Assembly: GCF_009914755.1 (NCBI RefSeq)
Contig: NC_060947.1
DNA: 64,000 bases
Origin: the human T2T-CHM13v2.0 reference genome, Homo sapiens
Direction: 5' to 3' (one strand)
Within the stretch, counting starts at the first letter, position 1; each line of letters starts with the position of its first letter. Positions 13,940-28,598 of the stretch are shown here, one piece after another. A program made the translations under genes and the position numbers. The notes under the pieces were generated by a model that saw only the letters and a program-made list of their open reading frames with translations, searched no databases and was not told where the DNA came from.

Positions 13940-14140
13940 ATATTTACTACGTACCTAGTATGTATAAGATACTTCATATACATATATATCCTAATCCTCA
14001 CAACAAACTTACCAGTTTAGAATTATACCCATTTTACAGATGAGAAAACCAAGACATGGCAGAAATTCAGTAGCTTCCCTTGGGTCACAAAGCTAAGAAT
14101 TGAGGGATTCACAACTAGAACCCAGATATGGCTACCTCTT
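13940..14140 (-). mobile_element. MIR
   Basis: aatcctcacaacaa...cccattttacagatgagaaaacc...ggtcacaaagctaag. Confidence 0.75.
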
Positions 14141-14210
14141 TCTACAACCTCATACTGCCTCTGTACTTAAAAAGCAAGTATTAAAATAAAAATAAGTAAA
14201 ATGAAAAAGC

Positions 14211-14351
14211 AGCCAGGTATGGTGGCTCACACCTGTAATCCCAACACTTAGGGAAGCAGAGGCTGGAGGATTGTTTGAGCCCAGGAGTTCATGACTAGCC
14301 TGGGTAACATAGTGAGACGCTGTTCCCCACAAAAAGAAAAGAGAAAAAAAA
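14211..14351 (+). mobile_element. FLAM (free left Alu monomer)
   Basis: Single left monomer ending gggtaacatagtgagac, followed by an A-rich tail. Confidence 0.85.
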
Positions 14352-14614
14352 TCACTATTATAAAAATGACTGCATCATTATAATAGTCTATTTTTGCGAG
14401 TATTTAAAAGTGTTCATGATAAAATGAGTTTTAAAAGAGAATTTTAATGTCAAACCACTCACACACACAAAAAATACATTCAATATGCACTCAATGAAAA
14501 CTATAAGAAACTAGCCACAATAAGACCAAATAATTTCACATCTAGGTAAAGTAGTAAGACAAAGAATTATACTTTATAATCCACAATTTCTAAATGCTGA
14601 TAAAAACAAGACTT

Positions 14615-15190
14615 TTATTTATTCAACTAATATTTTCTGAATGCCTACTATGTACCACGTACTGTTGTAGGCTTTGAGGAATATTACAGCAGTCCTTGCC
14701 CTCATGGAATTTACATTCGCATTAAGAAAGACTCACAAATATACAAGTAAATTTACAGTATGCCAGGTGGTGATAAGTGCTACGGAGAAAAATGAAGCAG
14801 GGTAAACGGGCAGGGAGAGCCAGATATCAAATGTAGGCCTTGCTATTTTACATACGTGTCAATGATAATGGCATCATTTGAATAGAGACCTGAAGGGCGT
14901 GAGGAAGCCAAGCTACATGTCTATCTAGTAGAAGACTGTTGCAAGTAAAGAAAATTCAAGTGCAAAGCCCCTGGCGGGGACCATGCTTGGTGTGTTCAAA
15001 GGGAAACAAGGAAACCAGCCTAGCTAAGGCCAAGAGAATGAATGGAGGTGGGAAGAGGGGAGTAGGAGATGAGGTGAGAGGGGCAAGCTGAGCATGGTGG
15101 CATTCATTGCAGAACATTAACTTTACTCTGAGTGAAATATATGTTTTTTAAATACTTTGGCTTTTACTCTAGGTGAGAAAGGTAGACACA
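14615..15190 (-). mobile_element. L2 3' end
   Basis: ttattcaactaatattttctgaatgcctactatgtacc... is the reverse complement of the L2 terminus. Confidence 0.7.
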
Positions 15191-15864
15191 GGAAAGCTTC
15201 TTATCTCAGATATAAGGATTGACACCAACTAAGGAGAGTTCAGTCATGCCAATGGGCGTTGTTTGTGCCATTTTGGCTAATGGGGTAAATGTGCTGCTCT
15301 GGGCAATAATAAAGCCTATGAAGAGGAAGCTGCAACAGTATGAGAGGGTACATATTTTTAGACAATAGCTACCACACCTTAGTGAGCTGATCTGTGAGGC
15401 ACAGGAACATCTCAATACACAATAGATGACAACTTTAAAATGTAGGCTTTTAAAAAAATATGTGCTTTTAAAAAGAACAATTACATTTTATAACATGTAT
15501 TTACAAACCCATGAATTTAACATAGTCATCCTTTTACCACTGAAATATTTAAGAGTTGCTTCAGCTGAAATCCAGTATCATCTGAGATGACTCCTATTCC
15601 TAGCCACTACTCTTTATTAGAGGCAGAAAGAAATCTCCCCTTTTGGCCATACCATTTTCAGGCCTGCTGAAGTCCAACCTGTGTTGTCAGTTCTACTGCC
15701 ACTCCAAAGACCTTTTCTCTAATGTCACATTGACACTCTTCAAAGAGTTTGTGAAGAAAAATTAACATCTAAAAATATTCTTTTTTCTTTTAGATTCAAA
15801 GCAATTATTATTATAATTAGTATCAACTGTTCATGAGATAGCTAAGTTTTGGGTAGTCTCTTTT

Positions 15865-17079
15865 CTTCCCTAAAACTTTATTTCAAAGTTATTCACCTCA
15901 CCGTTAATAAGGTGTATGATTAATGCTCTGTGCCAGTATTACCAGGCCTGCCCATTGCCAGCAATGGTCTTTGAGATAACCCATTTCCTAGCACCCAAAA
16001 GTTAAATTACTCTTTTCAAAACATACCGACCTCCCCAACACTTGCAAAAGTATTACATGCGCCATTTTGTCACCATTCTTTAAATCAGAACTTACAATAT
16101 TAGTCTACATCGGTACATGTTAAAATGAAGTCATTTTAATGAATTATGACTGTACAAATCCAAATACTACTAGTTAGTATTAGACCAGAGTATCTTACAA
16201 ACATATTACATATTACCTTGCAATCTGAAACATTACATTTCATATTTTTGCATGTTTATTTTAAATAACTGAAATTTCACAGAATTTAACAGCAAATAAA
16301 ATTTAAAAATTTTCATTATGTACATTAGTTTCAACTATATTTTACAATCTATAAGGCTCATGTCATAGTTCATCACCAAAAAGATCTACAAAACTTCTTA
16401 TCCATTCTGTGTGATAGTTTTTGTTTAGTGATGTTGTTTTTTAAGGTGAAAGTTTGAGAAAATGCTACTCTCAGATCTTGAAGTGGAATACTTCTAGTCA
16501 GACTATGTAAAAACCTGGGTTGTACCTTATTTTCATTGAACAGATACAAAAAAAAAGAAAGAAAAAAGAAAAGAACTGTGTTATACCATGAATTTAGGTT
16601 GACAGTCTATATGTTGAACTTACAACACTGAAGCATCAGAAGTAAACTTCCCTTCCATTTAAAATTTTTTAAAAGGGAATTAGAAAAATGTTTCATTTAT
16701 TCTTTAAAATAAGGTGCAAAAAAGGACTGCAACAACAAACTTCCTCATCCACACCTCCAATAACATCTCAATGTTGTTAAGCATAATCTACTGTGAACTG
16801 ATTTAGGAGCACACCTGGAGCTATATTCACAACTCCCAAATGTACCATGTTTTCTATACCAGAGGCCTGCTCAATGGCAGTGTCTGTCTGTTCAGAGGTC
16901 ATTACAATAACTTTTGTCACTGCTGGCCTGGACTTAAAGCAACATTCCAGATTCCAGAACCAGTGTTTTATTGTCCCAACTCTTTTCTTCCTCTTCGGGA
17001 TTTGTCAATTTTAGAAAAAGGGCATGTCTGTCTTGCTACTTTCAAAGGGTTTGTGTATATCACATTTTAAGACCACATT
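15865..17079 (-). pseudogene. 5'-truncated processed retrocopy of an mRNA distal 3' UTR (resembles HNRNPA3 long 3' UTR, from memory)
   Basis: On the minus strand it ends ...AACTTTGAAATAAAGTTTTAG, then an A-rich remnant (AATAAA at 15877-15882). TSD gttttgggtagtctctttt (15846-15864) / gttttgggtactttt (17080-17094), with an L1-EN TT|AAAA site at the 5' flank. No ORF. Parent assignment is recall, not a search. Confidence 0.7.
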
Positions 17080-17129
17080 GTTTTGGGTACTTTTAATGTA
17101 GCACGTTTCATATGCTGAAATGATGCTAA

Positions 17130-17290
17130 AACTTGGGTTTGGTACTGATTCGCCCACGTGCTCTGTCTGAGCCCCACTGTAATCAACGCCTGGGATCTAG
17201 TGGTAGCTATTGTCTAAAAATATGGTCCAAATAGGGATTGAACCCATGATCTCATTAGCAGTACAAGTCTAACCAGCAGTGTACAGTTGT
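17130..17290 (-). mobile_element. tRNA-derived ancient SINE (MamSINE1-like)
   Basis: 17222-17285 resembles the reverse complement of a tRNA-Ile-like head (gggattgaaccc B-box, attagc, tctaacc A-box), heavily decayed. Confidence 0.45.
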
Positions 17291-17926
17291 TTACTGTTCT
17301 TCATATGCAACACAGCTCCACTCATTTCAAAGGCTTAAAATACTTCTCCAGGCTTAGCTAGGAGGCAAGTAATGGTCATCTTAGAAGAATGGTTTAGGTT
17401 AAAAGCAGCCTGCAGAACTTAAGAGATTCTCTTTCCTGCCATCCTCAGTGAAGTGACTGCAGTTGGAACCTTTTAAATCAGCTTTGTAGAACATACAAAG
17501 TAGTCCTGAAGGTAGTTGGGTATAGCAACAAGAAGTTGAGTTCTGGGCAATCCCTTTAATTAAAGCTTCTGAAGAATTTATTTTATGGCCTTTTCTAACT
17601 TTCTCTTTCACTACTAGGAAGGATACAAAAGTTAGCATTTCCATGTAGAAATAAAAAAAACAGAGTGTTAAAAATGGAGACAATAACATGCTAATCTAAT
17701 CTGAATAAGTCTATAGTTTCCATATGTAGATTTACAGGATAATTTTTTGAGCTGAAGTAAAATTAACAAAAATGAGTTTTCTGAACATCACACCAAGTGT
17801 AAATCTGTACCTTATGAATCCAAATGTATTTTCTTCACTTTCAGATTTTAAATATACTGAAAAGTACACTGCATATTTGATATTAACAATAATTAGAGCT
17901 TCATTCTCAAAAGAATGTATTAAATA

Positions 17927-18265
17927 CAGTCAGGTATTGCTTAATGGTGGGGATTCATTCTGAGAAATGCATCATTAAACAATTTCATTGTTGTGTGAAC
18001 GTCATAGAGTGTATTTACACAAACATAGATGGTATAGTCTACAACGTACCTAGGCTATATGATATAGCCTATTGCTCCTAGGCTACAAAGCTGTACAGCA
18101 TGTTACTATACTGCATAATGTAGGCAACTGTAACACAATCGTTAAGTATTTGTGCATCTAAACATAGAAATGATAGAGTAAAATTAAAGTATTATAATCT
18201 TATGGGACCACTGTTGTATATGCAGTCCACTGTTGACCAAAACGTCATTATGCGGTACATGACTA
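17927..18265 (-). mobile_element. Tigger3a/MER7A non-autonomous DNA transposon
   Basis: Termini cagtca...catgacta with TA on both flanks. Internal cctaggctatatgatatagcctattgctcctaggctac and ataatcttatgggacc match the element. Confidence 0.88.
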
Positions 18266-21200
18266 TATTGTTTTCCATCTTTAGAATTTCCTAGCATCTA
18301 TGATATTCTATTCCAATAGAAAATTTTTTAAATGTTACAATTTGTCCATGTCTATTTTGTTATATAAATATAGATATATTTATTTCTTTTGTTAACAAGA
18401 AGTAGATCAGATAATGTAGTTCTTTAGGACAGGACTTTTATGTTGAAAGTTTGCTCTTTATTTAAAAATTGAGAGAGAATGTAAGAAAAACTAGAGTTGT
18501 TTCTAAGAAAAATATATTTATGATGCAAGATAAAGGACTTACGATGCAATAAGTGTTTAGCATTTAAAGATCAACAAATTGTTATCAATGATGAAAAGTA
18601 AGTTTTTTCCAAGGACTACTACTTTGGATAACCACATTTAAGGCAGTTTGAAGTTTGAGAGAAGGGGAAAGATCACAGAGAAGGGCTTCATTTCTTTTGC
18701 CTTCTACTTTTAAAAAGTATTTCTCATGCTCATAAGATCATAACTAAAATTTTAATATTCAATTGCTACACCAAAACCTCAACTTTCAATTATTTTAAAG
18801 TACTCAAATTCCTAACATTGTCCCCTTAAAAGTGGTAAAAGCATAGGATTTGCATGATAATCACCTTTAGTTACATCAAAGCATAACCATCTTATTCTTC
18901 CAGAACACTAAGATACAAATCTGTCCTCCTGTTCATTCAGGTCCTAATGACTCAAATACTTTAGACACTTATAAGTAAGCCCAACATTTATTATGTAAAT
19001 ATTCAGACAAAAGAAATATATTTTTAATGTCTATAGTATAATTTTAGGCCACATCCAATGTAATAATTTCATACAATATTTGTGTTCTAACTTAGCTTTA
19101 CCATTTCAGTCATTCATCTGAAAAAATGAAGACTATCGCAGACAATGACTCTCAGGAAAGGAGACAGATATCAGTTTACTGTACTAAAACAAAATATGAA
19201 TTCACTTTAACAAGACAAGAGGAAAGTGAAATCTAAACTATAACTTTTAATTTTCTTCATTTGCCAAGCATCAGAGCTATAATCCAACTTGGTTCTAGCT
19301 AATGTTTGGTAAACTCCCTGTGTATGTGTGCATGTGCATGCACACTCTTAAGAGTCCTCTATTTCAAAGGCTTTTTCTTCTATGACAAGATCATTTTCCC
19401 CTTTAAAATATGTATTACAAATTTCTTAAAATATAAATACCCAACACCTTGTATATGGTTGCTTTGATAATAATGATTTACACGCATCCCTATAATTTTG
19501 ACCTTTTTGGACCATGTAGGATAAAAACAAGCCAGAAAGTGGTACATACTGTTTTGCTTTTATAAAAAGTGAACTAGGGATGAACCAAATAAAATAATTT
19601 ATAGATACCTTTAAATACATTTTAGCTTTTATAACAGATATAGAGTAGTAATCATCCAGTATCACGTCCTCTGCTTCTTGAGAAAAACTGCTTTCTACCT
19701 AGGACTACAATTATTTCGATAACTTCTTATCTCTCCTAATATATCATAAACTCCTAAGGCAAAATTAAGACAAGATTTGCAGGATGAACTGTTTAAACAT
19801 GATTAAAAGGGGAAACAGCCTCGAAGGACCAGAGAGGTATTAAACTTTACAGATAGATGTAAAAATAGGGTAAATTTCTTATAGTTCACTCTCTCCCTAT
19901 CAAACTTAAGAACCAAGAGCCCTGGTGCTGAAAAAGCCCATTTTCAGCTTCTCTCAACACTACCTTTTCACAGATGGCCTTTTCTGCCCCAGGCATTTTG
20001 CCTGTGGCTCTTAATCAAAGCAGCAGGGAGATTCCAACTGGAAACTCTAAAGATCTAAATGATGTGATAAGGAATTAGAATCTGATATACTCACTACACT
20101 TAATTTCTGTGGCAGTAGGTGCTATATGAATTCAGACAATTCTCTACAATTCAGGAGCCATTACCCATTCTGCAAATGGTTCCTGCTGCTTAGTTTCCAC
20201 ATTCTGCTGGGAATTTTGTGGCTACATCTCTGCACATTAGCACAACCTTGGGATAACGAAGGAGTGCATTAACCTCATGGCTAAAATGAGGATTCCAGTT
20301 TGAGCAGATAGTTCACCATGCTTCATGTGGATAATTTTGAGTAAAGAGCGTACAACAACCTAGGTTCCAAACTGTACCTTAAATTAAGTGCCTATAAAAT
20401 CTGACAAATGTTTCTCATTTTGTAATTAATAAACTGAAACTATCAAATTAGGTATAAGTTTTAGGACTCAGGCCATCATCTCTTTTATAAAAAGGCAAAA
20501 AATGTAGGTTGTAAATTAAACTAATTAATTTTGCATTGTTTGTGATACATCTAATTTATTTCCCCAAAATGCATACTTTAGCCAGAAGTCTTGCCACAAC
20601 CACTTGCCAAAAATTGTTTGGCCTTAACATCTCCAGAATGAGCTTCCATAACAATAATGTACAGTCAGAGGTGATTCATACAGCTTTTCTTTTCATAAGA
20701 AAAATCAATCTGGGTGATGCTACCATAAAGACTAATATTAAATGAGAGGGAGGAGGAACTTGTTTAATCTAAGTGTTCACAATGAGCCTAGAGTGGTTAC
20801 CCAAATAATCAAGAATAAAAATGATCACACGATGGTCTACTATGACAGGGAAAATATTATGCTGCTTATAATGGCTTTAAACTCATACTGCTTTAGAAAA
20901 ATGCCAGATTACAACACCAAAATATAAAAGCAAATTCAGTTTACAATGAATCCCATAAGTACCCAATCTAGCTAGGACCTTTGAAAGTAATAAAGTAGGT
21001 TTGTTAGCTATTTTCAGTATCTCAAAAAATCTAATGGAAAGTGAATATTTGTACCATGCAAGCAATCAATCCCCCCTCAAACTCCCCTGACACACAACCC
21101 CACTAACCCACACAGAACAAAATAAAACTCCAAAACAAAACACAGCACATCACCTTTTATGTGGTCATACTGTTCCCTAGAAAGGGCTAAACTTTCATTG

Positions 21201-21445
21201 CTAATTTCTTAGAATTAAGTAGTTCAACAAAAGTGGCATAGTTCACAATCAAGTTCTAGAACTGCCAGCACCTGCATAATTATTTCACTGCCGAGAGGTC
21301 TAAGTACAACAAAGGAGAAAAAAAGATAGTCTTTTAAGTGTGGTGACAGACCACAATCCTGTTTTGCTGAATAAGAATACATCTATTAATTACTTAATGT
21401 GTTCTAGAAAAATTACTGCCAACTTGAATTTACATAAAGAAATAG

Positions 21446-21792
<347 letters not shown>

Positions 21793-22277
21793 AGGAATCT
21801 TTTTTGACTGAGATGTTTATATTCATCTATATTAGTGGTAATTTTCCTCTCTATAAAAGTATGTTTTCTAAGTACTAAAATTGGGGAAATGAATCTGCCT
21901 CTGCTTTCTAATATATAAAAGCCATAAACACAATACTGGAAATTATCTCCTTCAGCTCGGACAAAGAATATTTCTACTTTGAAGTCTTGAGCAATGATAA
22001 ATAGGGTAATTTGTGGACTTTATCACCAAATTCTATGGATAGACTTTTATCAATAATTCTGAGCTCTCCATCCTGCTTCGTATTTTCTATAATCTTTCCT
22101 GCTTTTACCCAGATCCTTCAAGGTCAGACAAAGAATAGTCTATTTATAATAGTTCCATGTACTTCTCATAAACTTTTCATTACCTACACAAATACTATGT
22201 ATTTTCACAATTGAGAAGAAATCCTCAGCCTCTTTATAAGATTTTATTTCAATCTAAAATCAAAATTTCAATTAGGA

Positions 22278-22536
22278 GAACATATGACTTGACTTTGACA
22301 AGTACTTTACATTTAAAAGATTATGTTTATATATATATTTAAAAAACTTAATTCAGGATAGGCATTTCATTTAAAAAATACCCGGTCATATTTGAACATA
22401 CAACTTGACTATGACAAGTACTTTAATTCTAAAAGTTTAAATAATTTTATTAAAATTAAAAGTTTATAATTTTATTTATAAATAAAAACTTAATTCAGGA
22501 TAGGCATTTCATTTTAAAAAATATCTGGTCATATTT
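22278..22536. repeat. Diverged two-copy tandem duplication (~116 and ~143 bp units)
   Basis: acttgact(t/a)tgacaagtacttta and aaaaacttaattcaggataggcatttcattt...ggtcatattt each occur twice in the same order. Confidence 0.85.
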
Positions 22537-22609
22537 TTAAGAAAGGTTTTAGAGTTAAGGGACTACACACAAGCTAGATCATTGTCTTCTATAAACTGGT
22601 TCACTTTTA

Positions 22610-23140
22610 AGAGGAAAAAGGGTACTCAAACAGATATTTTGTGCACCTATGTTCATCGCAGCATTATTCACAACAGCCAAAAGGTAGAAGCCACCCACCC
22701 AAACGTCCACCAATGGATGAAAGGATAAACAGAATGTGGTATATACATACAATGGAATATATTCTGCCTTAAAAAGAAGGTAAATTGACACACGCTACCA
22801 CATGGATGAACCTTGAAGACATTATGCTAAGTGAAATAAGCTAGTCACAAAATGACAAATATCATATGATTCCACTGATACGAGGTACCTAGAGTAGTCA
22901 AATTCATAGCAACGCAAAGTAGAATGGTGGTTGCCAGGGCCTGGAGGAGGAAGAATGTGGAGTTCATGTTTAATGGGTAGAGTTTCAGTTGGGGAAGATG
23001 AAAAACGTTCTGGAGATGGATGGTGGTGATGACTGTACAACAACATGATTGCGCTTAAGGCCACAGGACTATACATTTAAAAATGGTTAAAATGGTAAAT
23101 TTTATGTTACATATATTTCCCCACAATAAAAAAAAAGAAG
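22610..23140 (+). mobile_element. L1MB 3' end
   Basis: tgttcatcgcagcattattcac...ccttgaagacattatgctaagtgaaataag...aaaatggttaaaatggtaaatttt, then an A-tail. Confidence 0.85.
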
Positions 23141-23759
23141 AGATATAATTGAGTAACATTCTGAAAATCAAACAATAGTCTATCTAATCACAGATGAACC
23201 GGATATTTGAATTTTTAAAAAGATGCCTATACCTAGAATGCCTTTAATTTCACTGCTTATTTTTTGTTTTGTTTTATTTTGTTTTTTGTTTTGCTTTCTC
23301 CCTCCTTTATGCCCCTATCCCCTAAGTTCATTTAATTCTATTTATTCATTTTGTGAGTTATGGGTTTTTAAGGTGGGATGACCAGAAGCCAAGAATCACC
23401 AATTTTTATGTTCAAAAAAAATTGTATTCTTAAAGTCTAGTCCATGTAGCCAAAGAATACAATTTCCTATCCTACAGTAGTATTGTTTTGTAATAAGCTT
23501 TATCCTTAATACAATATTAGTTCAAGTCAATTTTCTTCTGTCTGCTCTATACAACTCTGAGTTGTATACTTTCCATAATAATATCTATGGATTTTCCTGT
23601 TGCAAAATTTCAGTCTTAACTCCTAACTAGAATTTTTGAAGGATTACTGATCTATGATTTATAAAATTTATAGTAACTTGCTTTCAAGTTCATTATTTTC
23701 ATGACAAAGCTGCAAAACATAAATAATCAGAAAATTTTGCCTCGGTTAGGGGATGGATT

Positions 23760-23965
23760 TTGTAGACACATGCTCTGGGTTTGAATCCTGGTTCTATCAC
23801 TTAATAGATGTGTGAGTGGGTAAATTATTTAAATTACCTAATTCTCAGTTTCCTCATTTTGAAAATGTAGATATTAGTACCTAAGGGTTATTACAAGGAC
23901 TATGCATGTAAAGCTCCTCAACAATGTCTGACATAGTAAATTCTTAATAAATGGCAGCCATTAAC
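23760..23965 (+). mobile_element. MIR
   Basis: ctgggtttgaatcctggttct...ctcagtttcctcatttt. Confidence 0.75.
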
Positions 23966-24724
23966 AAAAATAATCATAATAACATAATACGTAAAAATGA
24001 TAAGCACACTACTGAACAGAAAAATATTATATTCCAACTTTTAAAAATGACTCCTTACAACTTTTGATGCTAAAATGAATCCAGGAAAAAAGATTAATTG
24101 TATTTTGTAAGACTTGTTTTCTTTTGTTCATCTTTTCCAAATAGTATGATTGTTAATATCTTGTTATACAAAAGAAATTAAGCCAAACAAAAATGAGAAG
24201 TAAAACCAGGTATGTGCATGTGTGTATACACACACAAACATATGTATACACACGCACACACACACGCCTCTTTAATGTGATATATACAATTTGAGGAAGC
24301 TGTATAGAAACATGAGAAAAAAGATGAAAAGTAAACAGGAAGAGCTATAGATTGCAATGAGGGTAACAAGGTATACAAATGTAGGCAAATTTCCAACTTC
24401 AAGTATTTGAACAATTCATTCAGAATCACATTATTGTCAGAAAATTATACTGTAATTCTTCTGGTCATTACCCTAGGATATAAATGGACAAGTCCAGAAA
24501 AGTTGGATGTTTTCACCCCTTGCCAACATTGGCAAAAGAATTTATTTTTTTCTTTAAACAAAACCCAATTGCTACCACAATGACCACTACGAAAGATTTC
24601 TAAGGTATATAATGTTTGATAATGGGATTTCTGCTACAATTTCACTAGAAAGCACAAAGGGTTTCTATAATACCAACTCTTACTACCCAAATATAAAGTA
24701 ATATTCTGTTTTGAAAACAGACTT

Positions 24725-25002
24725 GTGTTTCCAAAAATGTTTTCCTTGGAACACTCAGACTTTGGGGTGGGAGGATAAAAGGGTCCTGTAGTCAAATAAG
24801 CCTGGAAAATGCTACATTCTATTTCTCTCTCTTAGATATACATAACACTATTAACATAAAAGGTTCTGAGAAGTCCTACAGTGAGCAGAGTTGTTTACAT
24901 TTTTTAACCAGTGTTTCCCAAACTTATTTGGTCACAGAATTCTTTTCTTCAGGTAGCGCAAAGGAACCAGTGTTCCTCATAACAACTTATTTTGGGAAAT
25001 GT
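24725..25002. mobile_element. hAT-Charlie MITE (MER112-like)
   Basis: Internally palindromic: gtcaaataagcctggaaaatgct vs agtgtttcccaaacttatttggtc, with a central ggttctgagaagtcctacagt. Confidence 0.65.
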
Positions 25003-26397
25003 ACAATAAATTGCCATTGATTAGTATTAAATGTGTAATTTAATATGTACCTGTCCCAAAAAGGTAGCCATTGGCAGAATTTGCTGAAGTCCCAAAAATG
25101 AGCCCATTGTATTTTATGTCAGAAAAAAAAAATCTAACATGCCTAGACTAGTACTTATATTATCTTTAACAAGTTGAATTTATTTCCAGAATATGTGTTT
25201 CAACCCTTACAGCCTGTATGTTATTTAATCAAATCCAAACACCCAGTTTCTTATACCTGTGAAAAGCTAAAAAATGAATATGATCCCCCAAGCCATTGGT
25301 TTTTTTTCTGGGCTTCACTGTAAGCTGAGAAAACCCTGCAGCTGTGAGCTACTGCATACCTTCAAATATGAGAATACCAAACTCAGTTACAGTATTTTAT
25401 TAACTGGTGCTATGAGCCTGCATTTATGCAGTTCTACAGTAAAATAATGTTCCACATTAATCCTGAAGTAAAATAGTGATTATTACTTCATTCTCCTAAC
25501 ACCTCTATTAAGTATATAGAACAAAATACTGTAATTACTATTTTACCTATGGAGGTTGAGAAACATGCCCCAAGTACCAATAGTCAGCAGGGAGCAATTT
25601 CTTGTTGGACAGACACTGTGCATATTACAACTATAGAAACTGTATCAGATAATCACCCTAAAATGTGAACAAAAACAGGAAATTCCTTTACTAATAGCTT
25701 ATTATTTAAGGAATTTTCTTCTTTTGAAATAATTTTGGGTCACAATTTGCTTGAAATCTAAACTTGAACCAAAAAATTCACATTGTGTGCTAGATAGCTT
25801 TTTGTGAATTCAGAAATTAAGAACAAAGTTTTAAACAACTGTAATGAGGAATTACTTTGTCCTTTTATTAGATAAAAGAAAATAAGCAAGCTACAATTAA
25901 TTCTGGGTGAAGTGTGAATGTGAATGATTATACTGCTAGGCTGTGGCATCACTTTCTTCCTAGGCTCTCCTTTCAATTTCAAAAGTCCTTAAAAGTGTAA
26001 CAAAATGTGTAAGATGAAAGAGACAACAACTATTTTTAAAAAACACAAGAGGGAAGAAATAATGACTGTTACTATAGAAATCACATATTTTGGTAACCCG
26101 TGGACATTTGGTCATTGGTTTTCAAGTTATACAAAATAAGCTGGCCACTGGAAGAAAAAAAAAACACTTCAAAACATCGATGGCAGAATACATTAATCAC
26201 AGTATTTTATATTATGGTAATATATATCAATAACATTTTACCAGAGAAAAGGTAAATGGTTAAAGACAAAGGAAAAACCTGACATGAAGGAAGACAAGAA
26301 CGTTGACAATTCAGTAAAAGGAGTTAAAGTATCAGATTCAAGTTTCATAAGTTTTTTTTTTTAATGTAAAAGCAGAGGTAACAAAAATTGGTCTTCA

Positions 26398-26650
<253 letters not shown>

Positions 26651-28290
26651 ATAGGACTACATTTAGCAAAAGTTATATTATACTACTACTACATTATATT
26701 GAGTGTATCCTATATGTTTGCTATCTCAATAAATGTTTTAAACAAACTAATTATGTTAGTCTTCATCAACAATTCTAGGAGGCTGATACTAACATTCCTA
26801 TTTACAGATGAGGGAGTCTCACAGTTGATACATAATGAAGCAGGCACTCAAACCTGGGCAATCTTAACTATAGAGCCTTAACCATTATGGCTAACTGTGT
26901 AATTACTCATTTAAACCTCAAATTACTGACTTATTTGTAAGTCTAATTTGGAAAATCCGGGATAAAAACCAATGGTTTTCATAAATACTTCCTGAAAATA
27001 TAGGGGATATGTACTGTGAAAGGTGCTACAAGGATGCCTAAAACACAGTCATTGCTCTCTAGGAGCCAGTATAAGAGGCAGGCATAACTATTACACAGCT
27101 AACTAATACAAGGAAAAAGGAAATAGATACTATAAACCATGTCCAAATGCCATAATTTAAGCTATTGAGATAGAAGAAAACTTCATCAAGCTTGACATTC
27201 TTTAGCTTGATCTAGAAAAATCAGTAGGGTTCAGAGAGGTGAAGGGCAACAGCAGACATTAACAAAATAATACTCTGAAACCAGAAAATTCATCTTAATT
27301 TTTAGATAAAAGTATTACCTGCAAATACAATCTCTCAAGCATCAAAGAACAAAGTATCAATTATAACAAAATATCATCAAGAATAACGTGGTTTTAGATG
27401 AAGTTTAATACAGTAGATGCTTGGATTCTGCTGCAAACTACTGACAGCCTCAATTAATGGTTAAGTCTAAAAACAATTACGTTCTAATTAGAGCAACTTT
27501 GTATGCCAGTTTTTATGAAATAATTTACCCATTTTAGGACATTTTATAAAAAGATAAGTACCTTACAATGGGGATGGTCTATGGTAATATAAGTATTCAC
27601 AGTAATACTGGAATAATGCATTTCTGCTTTCTAAAAACTTAAATTTTAAGGGGATATACCATATGTTTTTTTCCTCTAATACACTGGTGAGTTGGAGAAC
27701 ATCCTTTCTTCAAAATACTCTTTAGTGAGTCATCAGCAGATAGATGAAAAGATATCTCATTCAAGTACTTCAATCACCCTCCTTAAACATTTAAATTATG
27801 CTGAGCTCTGACAGCCACAATGGCAGATAGGTTCCCAAATAAGTAATATATACAAACCAGGGAGAAGTACTAAGAGTTACCATCTTCCAAGAGCCAAATG
27901 TCCAGTGGCATTCAAAAAGATGACTTAAGTGTAAGGTCAAGTTACTGTCAACATTAGCATTCAAGTGAAGGATGACCTACACTAAAGGTATTAAAATAAC
28001 AAACAAAAGGTAAAAGCCAGTTTTTTTTTTTTTTTGCTTTCTATATCATATGCAATAAACCTGTTATAACTTGAGCCAAGATTCTAATGCTCCATTTGGG
28101 AATTTTTCTCCAATTGTTCTTGACTAACCACTGATCAGGAAGACAAGAATTAGATGGGATTACTTTCTCACCAATTCTTTCATTACTCATATAAATACCA
28201 GTATCTTAAAATTTAAACCTTATCTTTAAGGATGAAATTCACCTCTTCATTTTTCAGTTTCTAATCTGGCATAGTCAATATCAGCAACCA

Positions 28291-28590
<300 letters not shown>

Positions 28591-28598
28591 TGTCTCTT

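Noticed and set aside
17222-17290. tRNA-Ile-like sequence
   Set aside because: The anticodon-to-variable region is partly deleted and the stems are decayed; better explained as an ancient tRNA-derived SINE head.
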